A DNA stretch of 20,000 bases from Catajapyx aquilonaris (lineage: Eukaryota): positions 53,821-73,820 of the forward strand of contig KZ538416.1 of the NCBI GenBank assembly GCA_000934665.2. The letters are read 5' to 3'. Below, one piece after another: positions 19,846-20,000 of this stretch. Made by a program: the position numbers and the translations under genes. The notes under the pieces are model-generated. The model ran no database searches, had not been told where the DNA came from, and saw only the letters and a list, made by a program, of their open reading frames with translations. Every line of letters starts with the position of its first letter. Within the stretch, counting starts at the first letter, position 1.

Positions 19846-20000
19846 AGCCTGAGCAGCTCCAACGGTATATTTAAATTTCTGCTTATCAACTAAATTGTTA
19901 TATTAGTCCGGGCCCTAAGCGCAAAAATCAGGCCTAACCTTGCATTTTGGGATAAGAAGGTGCCACTTGGCACATATGTTCCTTAGGCCTATAGGAGCAA

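Overview
Eukaryotic (invertebrate, probably arthropod-like) genomic DNA. Two intron-containing genes start head-to-head, with start codons ~0.8 kb apart. On the minus strand are the first two coding exons of mitochondrial L-2-hydroxyglutarate dehydrogenase (L2HGDH; 4218-4115 and 103 to beyond the left edge). On the plus strand are the first 11 coding exons (~1090 codons, 5022-17790, continuing past the window) of unc-79, the NALCN channel accessory subunit. All inferred splice phases are mutually consistent, and the best model needs one GC-AG intron (15387-15574). The introns hold many non-autonomous elements with readable TIRs/TSDs: P-like, hAT, Tc1/mariner, PIF/Harbinger, Sola-like, piggyBac, two tRNA-derived SINEs and a 5'-truncated LINE, with two nested insertions. 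Most notable are the bidirectional promoter (DRE octamer, minisatellite-containing uORF), the GC-AG intron, and two oppositely oriented mariner-derived MITEs flanking unc-79 exon 6. I see no convincing wholly new biological system. Gene identities come from recalled homologous sequences, not from a database search.
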